Below, piece after piece: positions 36,701 through 45,246 of a DNA stretch of 64,000 nucleotides. A model generated the notes under the pieces. The model saw nothing but the letters and a program-made list of their open reading frames with translations, did no database searches and was not told the DNA's origin. The position numbers were made by a program, and so were the translations under genes. The first letter of the stretch is position 1. Each line of letters opens with the position of its first letter. The DNA is from Capsulimonadales bacterium. GTDB taxonomy: Bacteria; Armatimonadota; Armatimonadia; Armatimonadales; Armatimonadaceae. The stretch is taken from NCBI GenBank assembly GCA_033762295.1, contig JANRLW010000126.1:1-64000 (forward strand). Direction: 5' to 3'.

Positions 36701-38327
36701 GGGAGCGGCGACAAATCGTTCGATCTCCATCGTCGTCATCGGAGGGCAGACGCTTTCCCTCGCTCTGACCTTGATTGCGACCCCGGTGTTTTACTCGCTT
36801 TTCGATGACGGGATTCAGTGGTGGGCGAAGCGTCGCCGGGGAACCGGGACGCGGGGCATACGGAGTGTCGCGACAGGCGGCCTTTTGCTGGCGCTCATGG
36901 TCTGGGGGGCGTCCGGGGCGAAGGCTCAGTCGTCCGCCGTGGCCGGAACGATCCGCAGCGTCGATGAAGCCGTACGGATCGGACTTTCTCGGAATGCCCA
37001 ACCCCGGCTGGCCGCGGAGCAGGTGCAACGCGCGAAGGAGGTGACGGCGCAGTTCCGCGCCGCCCTGCGGCCACAGCCGTTCGTCGCGTTCACCTATACC
37101 CGGCTCTCGGACCCGAACGCCTTCGGAAGTACGGGATTGGCGGCGACCGGCAACCTGGCCGTGCCGGGCGGACCGTCGACCTCCCCGATTGCCCCGCCGG
37201 GAACGACGCCGGTCAACCTGCCCGATGACGCCGTACGCGTTACCCGGTCGCGTCAGGCGGACGCCGATGAACAGGAGACGTTGACACCGGAGGGGAATGC
37301 CAACCGGATCGATCTGAACGTGACGACGGCGCAGGTCGGCGTCAATCTCCCGATCGATATTACCGGGACGTTACAGCGAGCGGTCCGAATCGGTCGACAG
37401 GATGAGGAACTCGCACGATTGCAGGAGGAGCAGGTTCGTCAGGAACTCGCGCTCACGATCCGGATCGCCTGTTATCAGCTTCTGGCGGCGGAGGAGAGCG
37501 TGCGCGTGCAGGAGGCGGCCGTGGTCCGGGCGGTTGAACAGGTGCGTACGGTATCGGAAAGGCGTAAAGAGGGGGTGGTACCCGCTTTTGACCTGCTTCG
37601 TGCGAAAACGGAGGAACTGAGCATCCGACAGGCGGAAATCAATGCACGTAACCAGCGGGACGTAGCGCTGTCCGCCCTGACCAATCTTTTGAACGTTCCG
37701 GCGGAGACACCGATCCGACTGGAAAGTCCGGAACTCCCCTCGGAACCGTCGTTGACGCTTTCCGATCTGCTGACACAGGCGCTGGCGGCGCGCCCGGAGG
37801 CGCGTTTTGCGCGACTCAGCCTCGATCGTTCCGCGAACGCCGTTCGTTACGCCCGTCGGGGTTTGGAACCGCAGTTCAATCTTTCGGCGTCGGGGGTATA
37901 CAATGCAAATCAGGCGGGGTTCGGCTTCAGCGCTCGTCGGGCGACGGCCAGCGTCTCCGCCGTCGTTTCGTTGCCGCTGGACGATGGGGGAACGACCCGT
38001 GCGCAGGTCCGAACCGCCCGTTCGGAACAGCGTGAGGCGGACCTGCGGCGCGACCAATTCCAGCGGGGAATCGTCGCGGAGGTGGAGCAGAACCTGATTG
38101 CCGTTCGGGACGCCTATGCCCGCCATGCGGTCGCCCGGGAGGCGATCCGGGAAGCGAGAGCCGCGCTCGATATCGCCGCCTTGCGGTTTTCCGCAGGAGT
38201 CGGCACCCAACTGGAAACGCTGGATGCGCAGTCCGCTCTCACCCGTGCGGAGGGGAACGCTGCCAGCGCCCGGTTTGAGGTGTTGAGCAGTCTGGCCCGA
38301 CTCAAACGCGCCCTCGGCGAGGGGTGA
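33765..38327 (+). CDS. RND permease (AcrB/MdtB-like) fused to a TolC-like outer-membrane efflux protein
   Basis: RND motifs GIVIDDAIIVLENI and RLRPILMTT to ~aa 1015; OEP-type repeats in the last ~465 aa (LPIDITG, DLLRA, GVGTQLETLDAQ); no stop between the two parts. Confidence 0.9.
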   Translation: MQWLARVSVTRPIFAAVLILSLTVLGLFTLPQLPVERYPNVDIPFVTVMTVVPGAGPKEIESEVTEIIERNVGTVPGISTITSQSSEGVSLVTIEFVIEKNGDTAAQEVRSKVDLALADLPVTAERPVVEKFKTDDVPIVAFTLTSPGAPLRELTEYARLKLRPQLEGIRGVGQVSIVGGSEREIQVLLDPERLAAFDLAPSEVQSAIESQNLLVPGGAIVQGTTRFSLQTEGRVKTLEQLAAIVIRKSAGRAIRLSDVGRIVDGSKEAKSLARVNGEPAILLNVRKQSGENTVAVVDAIEQRLKRIEPTMPEGYETRIVRDEAVFVKASVRDVQTHLILGSILAAVVVLVFLRDWRSTIIAAIAIPASIIATFALMKVQGFTINVLTLLALTLAVGIVIDDAIIVLENIVRYLNERTTDRKEAAIKATNEIGLAVLATTLSLVAVFLPVAFISGITGRFLASFALTMTFSILVSLLVAFTITPMLGSLFLKPHAHPHGAGDVPGKRDWLTFVEDAYTAVLASAMRHRWVVVVLSAGALIAVVPLARHAKTGFLPSEDLSMFTVTARLPEGTALSETDRQLSLLAKELQPLPEVSATVVTVGDGGITNRGTILVKLHEIHERKHPLSSFDLMAKVRQEILPRYPKDWTITVASTDSFSESDASVQYVLTGPDQDRLLSAANAMVAELKRLPEVASVSTNAYPGKPQWQAQIDRERAAEYGVSVADIARNVRLLIEGEKVSRYSENGRQFDIRVLADADFRHNSDALRRFRVPAASATGPTTIPLSDVAGFVPSTELAEINRYGRQREIRVLVVPVPNASVGGLQEVAERVYAAQGLSSEYRMSAEGDAQETEKTFAAFGMAFLLSITFMYLILAAQFESWVHPVTILLSLPLCVPFALLPIVVMGDSLNLYSLLGILVLFGIVKKNSILQVDHANQLRASGMERNKAVIQASRDRLRPILMTTIAFVAGMIPLAMSHEAGAATNRSISIVVIGGQTLSLALTLIATPVFYSLFDDGIQWWAKRRRGTGTRGIRSVATGGLLLALMVWGASGAKAQSSAVAGTIRSVDEAVRIGLSRNAQPRLAAEQVQRAKEVTAQFRAALRPQPFVAFTYTRLSDPNAFGSTGLAATGNLAVPGGPSTSPIAPPGTTPVNLPDDAVRVTRSRQADADEQETLTPEGNANRIDLNVTTAQVGVNLPIDITGTLQRAVRIGRQDEELARLQEEQVRQELALTIRIACYQLLAAEESVRVQEAAVVRAVEQVRTVSERRKEGVVPAFDLLRAKTEELSIRQAEINARNQRDVALSALTNLLNVPAETPIRLESPELPSEPSLTLSDLLTQALAARPEARFARLSLDRSANAVRYARRGLEPQFNLSASGVYNANQAGFGFSARRATASVSAVVSLPLDDGGTTRAQVRTARSEQREADLRRDQFQRGIVAEVEQNLIAVRDAYARHAVAREAIREARAALDIAALRFSAGVGTQLETLDAQSALTRAEGNAASARFEVLSSLARLKRALGEG

Positions 38328-38393
38328 TTCCCGACCGGTCGCGGAGCGACATACCCACGCGCAGCCCGCGGGAACGTCGCTCCGCAATCTCGC

Positions 38394-39533
38394 TCAGTCG
38401 ATCCCGAGAGCCTGATGGAGACGGCGGACCATTTCGCGGGCGTAATCGCGCGACTTTCGACGGACGTCCTCCTCCGTGTCCGGAACCTGCTCGTCATGGA
38501 GGAAGCGGACCCCGGTTCGGGCGGCGATCTCCTCGGGCACCTCGTTCGGCAGTTCGATTCCGGCGCACGCGGCCGCGACCATCGTCCAGAGCCGCATCAC
38601 CGTTCGCAGGTTGTACCCGCCGCCGCCGGTGACGGTCACCGGCAGTCCGGCGGAGAGGTCCAACAGTTTCCGTACGGCGGACATCCAGCCTTCCGAGGTG
38701 AGGAGCAGGTGGGCGAGCGGGTCCTCCCAGTGGGCGTCCGCTCCCAGCTGCAGGACGACGGCCTGCGGACGGAAACGTTCGAACGCGAGCGGCACGACCG
38801 CGTCGAAGGCTTCATGCCAGACATCGTCCATCGTGTAAGGGAACAGGGGAACGTTAAGGGACGTTCCGGGTGCGGACGGTCCCCCGGTCTCCTCCGGGAA
38901 TCCGGTGCCGGGGAACAGATACTGGCCGCTTTCATGCAGCGAAACGGTCATGACGCGCGGGTCATCATAAAAGCAGTTCTGGGTGCCGTCGCCATGGTGC
39001 GCATCGATATCCACGTACAGCACCCGTTCCATACCGGCTTCCAGGAAACGATGGATTCCCATTGCCAGATCATTGAACGTACAGAAGCCGGACGCCCGGT
39101 GCGGATGCGCATGGTGGAGTCCGCCGGCCACATTGAAGGCGGCACGATACCTTCCGGAGAGAAGAGCTTCGGTCGCCTCGATCGTCCCTCCCGAATACAA
39201 CGCGGCGGCCTCGTACATGCCGGGGAACGCGGGGGTGTCTCCGGGGCCGATGCCGAACCGGGACAGATAAGCGCGATCCGACGTCTCGCCGCTTCCGGCT
39301 TTTCGAACCGCCTCGATGAAATCGTCGCGATGGACCCGCGCGATCTCGGCCTCGGTGGCGGCACGGGGTTCGGCATGGTCGATCGGGCCCGTCGGCGCAA
39401 GGACACCGTACGCCCGCAGCAGATCGTTCACCATTTTCAGGCGTTTTTGTTGAAGGGGATGTTTGTTGCCGAGGTCATAGGTGAGAAAACGCTCGGCGTA
39501 AAGGAACAGTGCGGAGGTTTCGGGGCGATCCAT
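38394..39533 (-). CDS. acuC: AcuC / histone-deacetylase family protein
   Basis: GGLHHA, ASGFCTFND, DIDAHHGDG, GADAHWEDPL, GGGGY. Confidence 0.88.
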   Translation of the reverse strand: MDRPETSALFLYAERFLTYDLGNKHPLQQKRLKMVNDLLRAYGVLAPTGPIDHAEPRAATEAEIARVHRDDFIEAVRKAGSGETSDRAYLSRFGIGPGDTPAFPGMYEAAALYSGGTIEATEALLSGRYRAAFNVAGGLHHAHPHRASGFCTFNDLAMGIHRFLEAGMERVLYVDIDAHHGDGTQNCFYDDPRVMTVSLHESGQYLFPGTGFPEETGGPSAPGTSLNVPLFPYTMDDVWHEAFDAVVPLAFERFRPQAVVLQLGADAHWEDPLAHLLLTSEGWMSAVRKLLDLSAGLPVTVTGGGGYNLRTVMRLWTMVAAACAGIELPNEVPEEIAARTGVRFLHDEQVPDTEEDVRRKSRDYAREMVRRLHQALGID

Positions 39534-39639
39534 GCCGGGAGTGTACCCGGGAAACCGTCCGGGTCGGTGAATCTCCGCCAACGACGTCGCGGAAAAATAG
39601 TACGGGTGAAGCCGCGAAATTCCGAATAATAATAGTAGA

Positions 39640-40221
39640 ATGAAATACACTATTTCGGTAACGGAGGCTGGGGGAGCAAGGGAGAAGCTGGTTTTGGAAA
39701 GCCGGGCGGGGGAGAGTGTCCGGCATATCGTGTTGAAGATAGTCGCCTATCTTCTTTTTGCGCCGACGGCTCCGGGGCCGTTGCGTATCGAACAGGCGGT
39801 CGGCCAGCGTCACCGTCCGGATCTGGTGGTGACGGACCCGGCGTCCGGCGCGGTGGTTCTCTGGATCGATTGCGGCCAGATCGAGACCCGACGCCTGGGT
39901 CGGATCGCGGCGTCCAACCCCGGGGCGCTGCTCTATGTGGTCAAGTCGACGTCGCGGGAGGCGTCGTCCTACGCCGAATCGGCGGTTCGGTTTTTGCCTG
40001 AGGGAGGGGAGCGGCGGGACCGCATTCGGTTCGTCGGGTTCCGGGACGGTTTCACCGACGACGTGGTGGCGGCGGTCCGCAGCCGGAACGAGATCGTCGT
40101 TCGATCGGTCGGCGACCTTTTCGAGGTCGATTGGAACGGGGTGCGTCTGGTGACCGGGGTGACGGAACTCCGCGCCTCGGTGATCTTCGGGGCGGGCGAA
40201 ACGGTATCAACGCCATCGTAG
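39640..40221 (+). CDS. YaeQ-like protein
   Basis: ESVRHIVLKIVAYLLF, PDLV, LWIDCG pattern. Confidence 0.65.
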   Translation: MKYTISVTEAGGAREKLVLESRAGESVRHIVLKIVAYLLFAPTAPGPLRIEQAVGQRHRPDLVVTDPASGAVVLWIDCGQIETRRLGRIAASNPGALLYVVKSTSREASSYAESAVRFLPEGGERRDRIRFVGFRDGFTDDVVAAVRSRNEIVVRSVGDLFEVDWNGVRLVTGVTELRASVIFGAGETVSTPS

Positions 40222-40616
40222 AGCGAAGGAAAGAACCTCCGGCGAACCGGTCCGCGAGGCGGAAAAGCCGGTGGTGTCCTGTCGAAAGGAGAACAATTTT
40301 TCGCGGAATTTCCGGGGGTCAGGAAGGAATCCTTTTCTCGCCCGGTGAAAGGCCCAATAGTTCGCACCCTGCGACCGCCAATTTCGGTCTGCCTCCCGAA
40401 GGACTACTTCCTGACCGGAACGTTCCGACCGTACGGGGAGCGCCTGTCCGTCAGGCATCCCGGCCGGTCAGGGTCCAAATGCCGGTAGGGCGGCTCGCTG
40501 CCCGTTTCGGCCCGCTGTGCCGTCCATGCCTGCGGCAGGAAATGCCCCGTAGGACATATGAGAAGGATTGTTCACAGAAGGTTCCGAATAGAATTTTCTG
40601 TGAGAGGAGTGTATTT

Positions 40617-42779
40617 ATGCGCTTTCGTGCCGGTTCAACGCTAATCTATCCGCTGTTGCTGGCTATAACCGTGTCTTCCGGCCTGGTCCTGAATGCGGGC
40701 TGCGGCGGTGGCAGCAGCAGCCCCAAGCCGACTCCGGGCGGTTCGACCCCGACCCCGACCCCGACCCCGACCGCCACGCCGACCCTGTCCGAGACAAGTG
40801 TCCGGCCGACGATCATCTGGTCGCCGCGAAGCCGTCAAGTCGTGACCGACAACGCCGTCAGCGGACCGGCTTCGGCCCTGTCGGTCGTGCTGACGCTGTC
40901 GCAACAGTCGCAACAGGGGGGCAATACCAATAAGTTTGTCGAGACGTTCAATCGCTCCGTTCCCATCTCCGGCGGTCCGCAGACCTACGAGACCCGCACT
41001 AAGGTGCTGCCTGCCGTCTACAACCTGACGGCGGTCTTCCATGCCGGGGCCGACGGTAGCGGCGCGGTCGTCGGAACGGCGGCGGCGGCGGTAACGGTCA
41101 ACCCCGACGGCACGATCTCCACCACGATCGCCACCCGGGGCACCATCGAGCAGGTCGAGGTGCTTCCCGGTCAGACGGTTCGGATCGGTGAAACCAAGGA
41201 TGTTCTCTACAGCACCCGCGACCGGGACGGGAACGTCGTGGCGGTTTCGCCCGGTTCGGGCTTCGTCGCGATCGTCGATGCGACCTCCCCCGAGCAGAGC
41301 ACGACCGGCCAGGCCACCATCACCGCCTCCGGCGAACGGATTACCGGCGTTAACCCGTACCAGGCGCGAATCAAGGTGACCGTCGACGGCACGGAAAGCC
41401 CCGTGGTCTCCGTGAAAGTCCTCTCCAACGTCGCGATCGATGTCAATCCGAAGAACGCGACCATCTCCACCGGACTGGTCGGCGTCTTTACGGCGACGGT
41501 GACGAACGACGGCCCGCCCGCCAGCAGCGGCGTCCGGTTTACCATCAACCCGGTCGCCGGAACCCTGACCCAGCCGAACGCGACCACGGCCAACCTCGTG
41601 GCCGGTAGCCGGGATGTCGAGGGCGATTACCAGCTGGTCGCCACCAGCGTCTACGACCCCAACGTTTCCGTAACGATCCCGGTGACCGTCCGGTCCCTGG
41701 TCGCCGTGAACATCTCGCCCGAAACCGTTCCGACCGTCTCCTTCAAGGGCGGTACGCAGCAGTTCGCGGCAACGGTCGCTCAGGTGCCCGAGGGCCGCGA
41801 TAACGGCGTCCTCTGGTCGGTGATTCCGGCCGAGGCCGGGACGATCTCCCCGAGCGGTCTGTTTACCGCCGGAGCGACCCCCGGACGCGTGACGGTTCGC
41901 GCGACCAGCATCTTCGACGACCGCAAGTTCGACGAAGTGTCCTTCGACGTCGCCTCGCTGGCCGTCGTCCGGATCACGACCCCGACCCCGATCGCCCCGA
42001 TCTCGATCAAGACGACCCGCGCCCTTGCCGCGGCGGTGGACAACGTTCCCGCCGGACAGGATGCGGGAGTGAACTGGTCGGTCCAGGGCGGCGCGGCCAA
42101 CGGGACGATCGACGCCAACGGCAACTATACGGCCCCGGCGACCCCGGGCGATTACACGGTCGTCGCGACCAGCCGCTTCGACGCGACGAAGACCGCCAGC
42201 GTCGTGATTCCGGTCCGCTCGTTTGTCACGGTCGCGGTTCCGGCCCAGCCCGACCTCTCGATCAAGGACACCCGAACGCTGACCGCCACCGTAACCGGCG
42301 TGCCGGAAGGCGCGGATGCCGGGGTCACCTGGACGATCGCCCCGGCGACGGGAACGCCCGCCGGCACCGATATCGGCGCGATCGATGCGAATACCGGCGT
42401 GTATAGGGCTCCCGCCAACCCGGTGAGTATCGTCGTCACCGCGACCAGCAATTTCGACCCGACGAAATCGGCTTCCCGGCCGCTCGCGGTCAGGTCGCTG
42501 GTGGTCATCAACGTGACGCCGGAAAACGCGACCATCTCGGTCAACGCTCGCCAGCAGTTCACGGCGGCCGTGACCGGAGTGGCGACGGGCGGCGATACCG
42601 GAGTGGACTGGCGCGTGGTCACCGCGAACGGTGGCACGATTGACGCCAACGGACTCTATGTCGCCCCGGCGACCCCCGGTGACTACGTCATCGAAGCCAG
42701 GAGCAAGTTCGACCCCGCCAGGATCAGAACAGTTACCGTCCGCGTTCGCACCGGCAATCTCGGTGTCGGAGTGAACTAG
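40617..42779 (+). CDS. Lipoprotein with tandem Ig-like (Big_2-type) repeats
   Basis: Lipobox NAGC, PT linker, ~5 repeats of QF.A.V...GV.W.V...GTI..NG.Y.APATPG.Y.V.ATS.FD; GAGGAG RBS. Confidence 0.85.
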   Translation: MRFRAGSTLIYPLLLAITVSSGLVLNAGCGGGSSSPKPTPGGSTPTPTPTPTATPTLSETSVRPTIIWSPRSRQVVTDNAVSGPASALSVVLTLSQQSQQGGNTNKFVETFNRSVPISGGPQTYETRTKVLPAVYNLTAVFHAGADGSGAVVGTAAAAVTVNPDGTISTTIATRGTIEQVEVLPGQTVRIGETKDVLYSTRDRDGNVVAVSPGSGFVAIVDATSPEQSTTGQATITASGERITGVNPYQARIKVTVDGTESPVVSVKVLSNVAIDVNPKNATISTGLVGVFTATVTNDGPPASSGVRFTINPVAGTLTQPNATTANLVAGSRDVEGDYQLVATSVYDPNVSVTIPVTVRSLVAVNISPETVPTVSFKGGTQQFAATVAQVPEGRDNGVLWSVIPAEAGTISPSGLFTAGATPGRVTVRATSIFDDRKFDEVSFDVASLAVVRITTPTPIAPISIKTTRALAAAVDNVPAGQDAGVNWSVQGGAANGTIDANGNYTAPATPGDYTVVATSRFDATKTASVVIPVRSFVTVAVPAQPDLSIKDTRTLTATVTGVPEGADAGVTWTIAPATGTPAGTDIGAIDANTGVYRAPANPVSIVVTATSNFDPTKSASRPLAVRSLVVINVTPENATISVNARQQFTAAVTGVATGGDTGVDWRVVTANGGTIDANGLYVAPATPGDYVIEARSKFDPARIRTVTVRVRTGNLGVGVN

Positions 42780-42781
42780 TT

Positions 42782-45007
42782 ATGAGGAGCAAACCTTACA
42801 TGAGGACATACGTACGGGGGGCGCGTCCGGTGGTTCATCGCCCCGGTCTGCGCGCGGTCTGCATCAGCATTGCGGCCGTCACCGCCCTGGGAATCGTTGC
42901 GCCGTTGTCCGGTTGCGGTAGCGGCAGTGGGGCTCTGCGCCCGGTCGCCGGAGTCACCCGGGCGAAGGGGACCGTCACCATGACGGTCTCCTGGCCCGCC
43001 CGGACCCGCCTGATTCCGGAGGTCGCCAACTCCATCCGGATCACGCTGGAACGGCTTCCGGATACGGCCATTCCGACCCCGAGGACCGTCGATCCGATCG
43101 TGATGAATCGACCGTTCACGACCGACGGCTCCGGAACGACCACCGCCACCTTTACCAACCTGGAACTCGGGACGTACCGGGTGGTCGCGACCGCGTTCCC
43201 CGGCACCGGCACGCCCGGAATCCCGAACCCGACGACCGGCGAGAACGTTCCGGTCGCGACCAAGGAAGCGGGAACCGTCGTGGTCGGAGCGGGAAATAAC
43301 ACCGTCACCCTGACGATGGATTCGACGATCGCCGTTCTGGAGCCGCTGCTCCCCGACACGTTCCCGCGCGATACCGCCGGGAACCTGATTCTGGCTCCGT
43401 CCGAAGCCGTTCAGTTCGATATCGTCGCCTATGACGCGGCGACGGCCCCGCGAAACCGCGTTCTGTTCACCAAGTCGAAACTCAAATACGAGGTGACCCA
43501 GCAGAACGGCGCCAATGTCACGGTCAACTCCACCGGATTGGTGCAGGCGGTCAGCCTCGGCAACCCGCGCGTACCGGGATCGGCGACCATTCGAGTGACC
43601 GATGAGGAATCCGGAAAATCGTCCTCGATCGTGATCAACGTCGTGCCGGCCGGGCTTTCCCGGTTCGCCCAGTGGGCGCGTTTCCGTGGCGATTCGCAAA
43701 ACACCGGCCAGGTGCGCGATGCCGGAATCCCGATCCTCGATGCGACGGGTCGTAGCGGAGCGGGACAGAACTGGCCGTTCTTTACCCAGAGTTCGATCAT
43801 CTTCTCCTCGCCGGTAATTGCGGAGGACGGAACCATCTATATCGGAACCGTTTCCAAGGGCAACCCGCCGACCGGAGGCGATCAGACGCTCTTTGCGATC
43901 AACCCCGACGGGTCGCAGAAATGGCGTTTCGATGACGCCGGCAACATGGGGGATATCGAGGGCACGCCGACCATCGGGCAGGACGGCACCGTCTACATCG
44001 GTTCCACCAACGGTATCGTGTACGCCATTGAGGATACCGGAAGCGCGCCGCGGGTCAAGTGGACCTTTAACGCGGGCCGCGCGATCTATTCCTCCGTCGC
44101 ACTGGGGCAGGACAACACCCTGTTCGTCGCGACGGGCGCGGACGCGAACGAAAAGAGCGATGTCTACGCCCTCTCCGTCGTGACCGGCCAGAAGATCAAG
44201 GCGCGTCAGGTCGACGGCACGGTGAAGGACTGGGAACTCAGTGAACGGGTGGACGGCGAGATTCTCGGATCTCCGGCTCTTTCGCGCGACGGTTCGTTCC
44301 TCTTCCTGACGACGATGAGCGGGAACGTTTATGCGTTCCGAACCGGCGCGAACGGCACCCTCGGCGGAACCCGCCAGTGGCAGACGAACCCGAACGGCAA
44401 CGGAATCCAGGCCGCGCCGGTCGTCACCCGCATCGGCGCAACCGATGTGGTCGTGGTCGCCACCCTGAACGGACGGGTGTTCGCCCTGCGAACGGACACG
44501 GGCGCGTCGACCAGCGGTTGGCCGGCTCAGGGATATGATTCCGGCGAAGCGCAGATCTACTCGACACCGACGGTTCGCGAGGACGATGCCGGTATCGCGC
44601 AGTTTATCTACATCGCGACGCTGGATAACTCCTCCGGCTCCTTCGATCACAAGGTCGTCGGCCTGAACGCCGCCGACGGGACCGAAGTCTGGCGGACACC
44701 GGTCGGCCTGTTCCCCGAAGGATTCACCTCCTCGCCGATCCTGAGCGGGGACGGAACCGCGCTTTACATCGGCTGCTTCGACGGGAATGTCTACGCGGTG
44801 GACGCCGATCCGGCGAACGCCAACGCGGAGCACGGGCTCGTTCAGGTCAATGTTGGCGGAACCCTGACGGACTGGATCTTCCCGACCGTCTCCCCCGGAC
44901 AGTCCAACAACCTGGAATCGTCGCCTACCGTCGACAAACAAGGGCATCTTTATATCGGCGGTCTGGATGGACGGGTGTTCTCGATCGGGAACAACCCGGC
45001 AAAATAG
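42782..45007 (+). CDS. Lipoprotein with Ig-like domains and a PQQ-like beta-propeller
   Basis: Lipobox LSGC; W..FRGD.QNTG; repeated SSP.I..DGT.YIG...G..YA units. Confidence 0.85.
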   Translation: MRSKPYMRTYVRGARPVVHRPGLRAVCISIAAVTALGIVAPLSGCGSGSGALRPVAGVTRAKGTVTMTVSWPARTRLIPEVANSIRITLERLPDTAIPTPRTVDPIVMNRPFTTDGSGTTTATFTNLELGTYRVVATAFPGTGTPGIPNPTTGENVPVATKEAGTVVVGAGNNTVTLTMDSTIAVLEPLLPDTFPRDTAGNLILAPSEAVQFDIVAYDAATAPRNRVLFTKSKLKYEVTQQNGANVTVNSTGLVQAVSLGNPRVPGSATIRVTDEESGKSSSIVINVVPAGLSRFAQWARFRGDSQNTGQVRDAGIPILDATGRSGAGQNWPFFTQSSIIFSSPVIAEDGTIYIGTVSKGNPPTGGDQTLFAINPDGSQKWRFDDAGNMGDIEGTPTIGQDGTVYIGSTNGIVYAIEDTGSAPRVKWTFNAGRAIYSSVALGQDNTLFVATGADANEKSDVYALSVVTGQKIKARQVDGTVKDWELSERVDGEILGSPALSRDGSFLFLTTMSGNVYAFRTGANGTLGGTRQWQTNPNGNGIQAAPVVTRIGATDVVVVATLNGRVFALRTDTGASTSGWPAQGYDSGEAQIYSTPTVREDDAGIAQFIYIATLDNSSGSFDHKVVGLNAADGTEVWRTPVGLFPEGFTSSPILSGDGTALYIGCFDGNVYAVDADPANANAEHGLVQVNVGGTLTDWIFPTVSPGQSNNLESSPTVDKQGHLYIGGLDGRVFSIGNNPAK

Positions 45008-45020
45008 ACCCGACACGAAA

Positions 45021-45047
45021 GGGAACGGAGTGGCGAATTCCGTTCCC
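45021..45047 (+). terminator. Intergenic hairpin (possible terminator or stabiliser)
   Basis: GGGAACGGAG/TTCCGTTCCC stem; weak T tail. Confidence 0.4.
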
Positions 45048-45246
45048 GATCTTTCTCACTTCCGGAGGGTTCCGGAATTAACGGTCTTCAACGGAACGCA
45101 CCGCGCCTTGTTTGTGCGGTTGACGGTTCGCGCCGGAAACTCACCGTGCGGGAACCGCGCAACGTGGTCGGCATCGACCGACGAAACGGCGGCCAGGACA
45201 CGTGAACCGCACCGGTTCCGGCGGTTGTTCCGAATTGGAGAAGGAA

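Noticed and set aside
40222..40616. Long leader upstream of the surface-protein cluster considered as a c-di-GMP or other riboswitch
   Set aside because: I could not find the conserved riboswitch core motifs by eye; an Rfam/Infernal scan would be needed
40131..40616. N-terminal extensions given by the ORF track (also 8486, 29838, 31646, 39650, 4060)
   Set aside because: Better starts with an RBS, signal peptide or family-typical N-terminus lie downstream
40745..40785. CCCCGA hexamer tandem repeat
   Set aside because: Encodes the PTPTPT linker after the lipobox; in-frame low complexity, not CRISPR or a regulatory repeat
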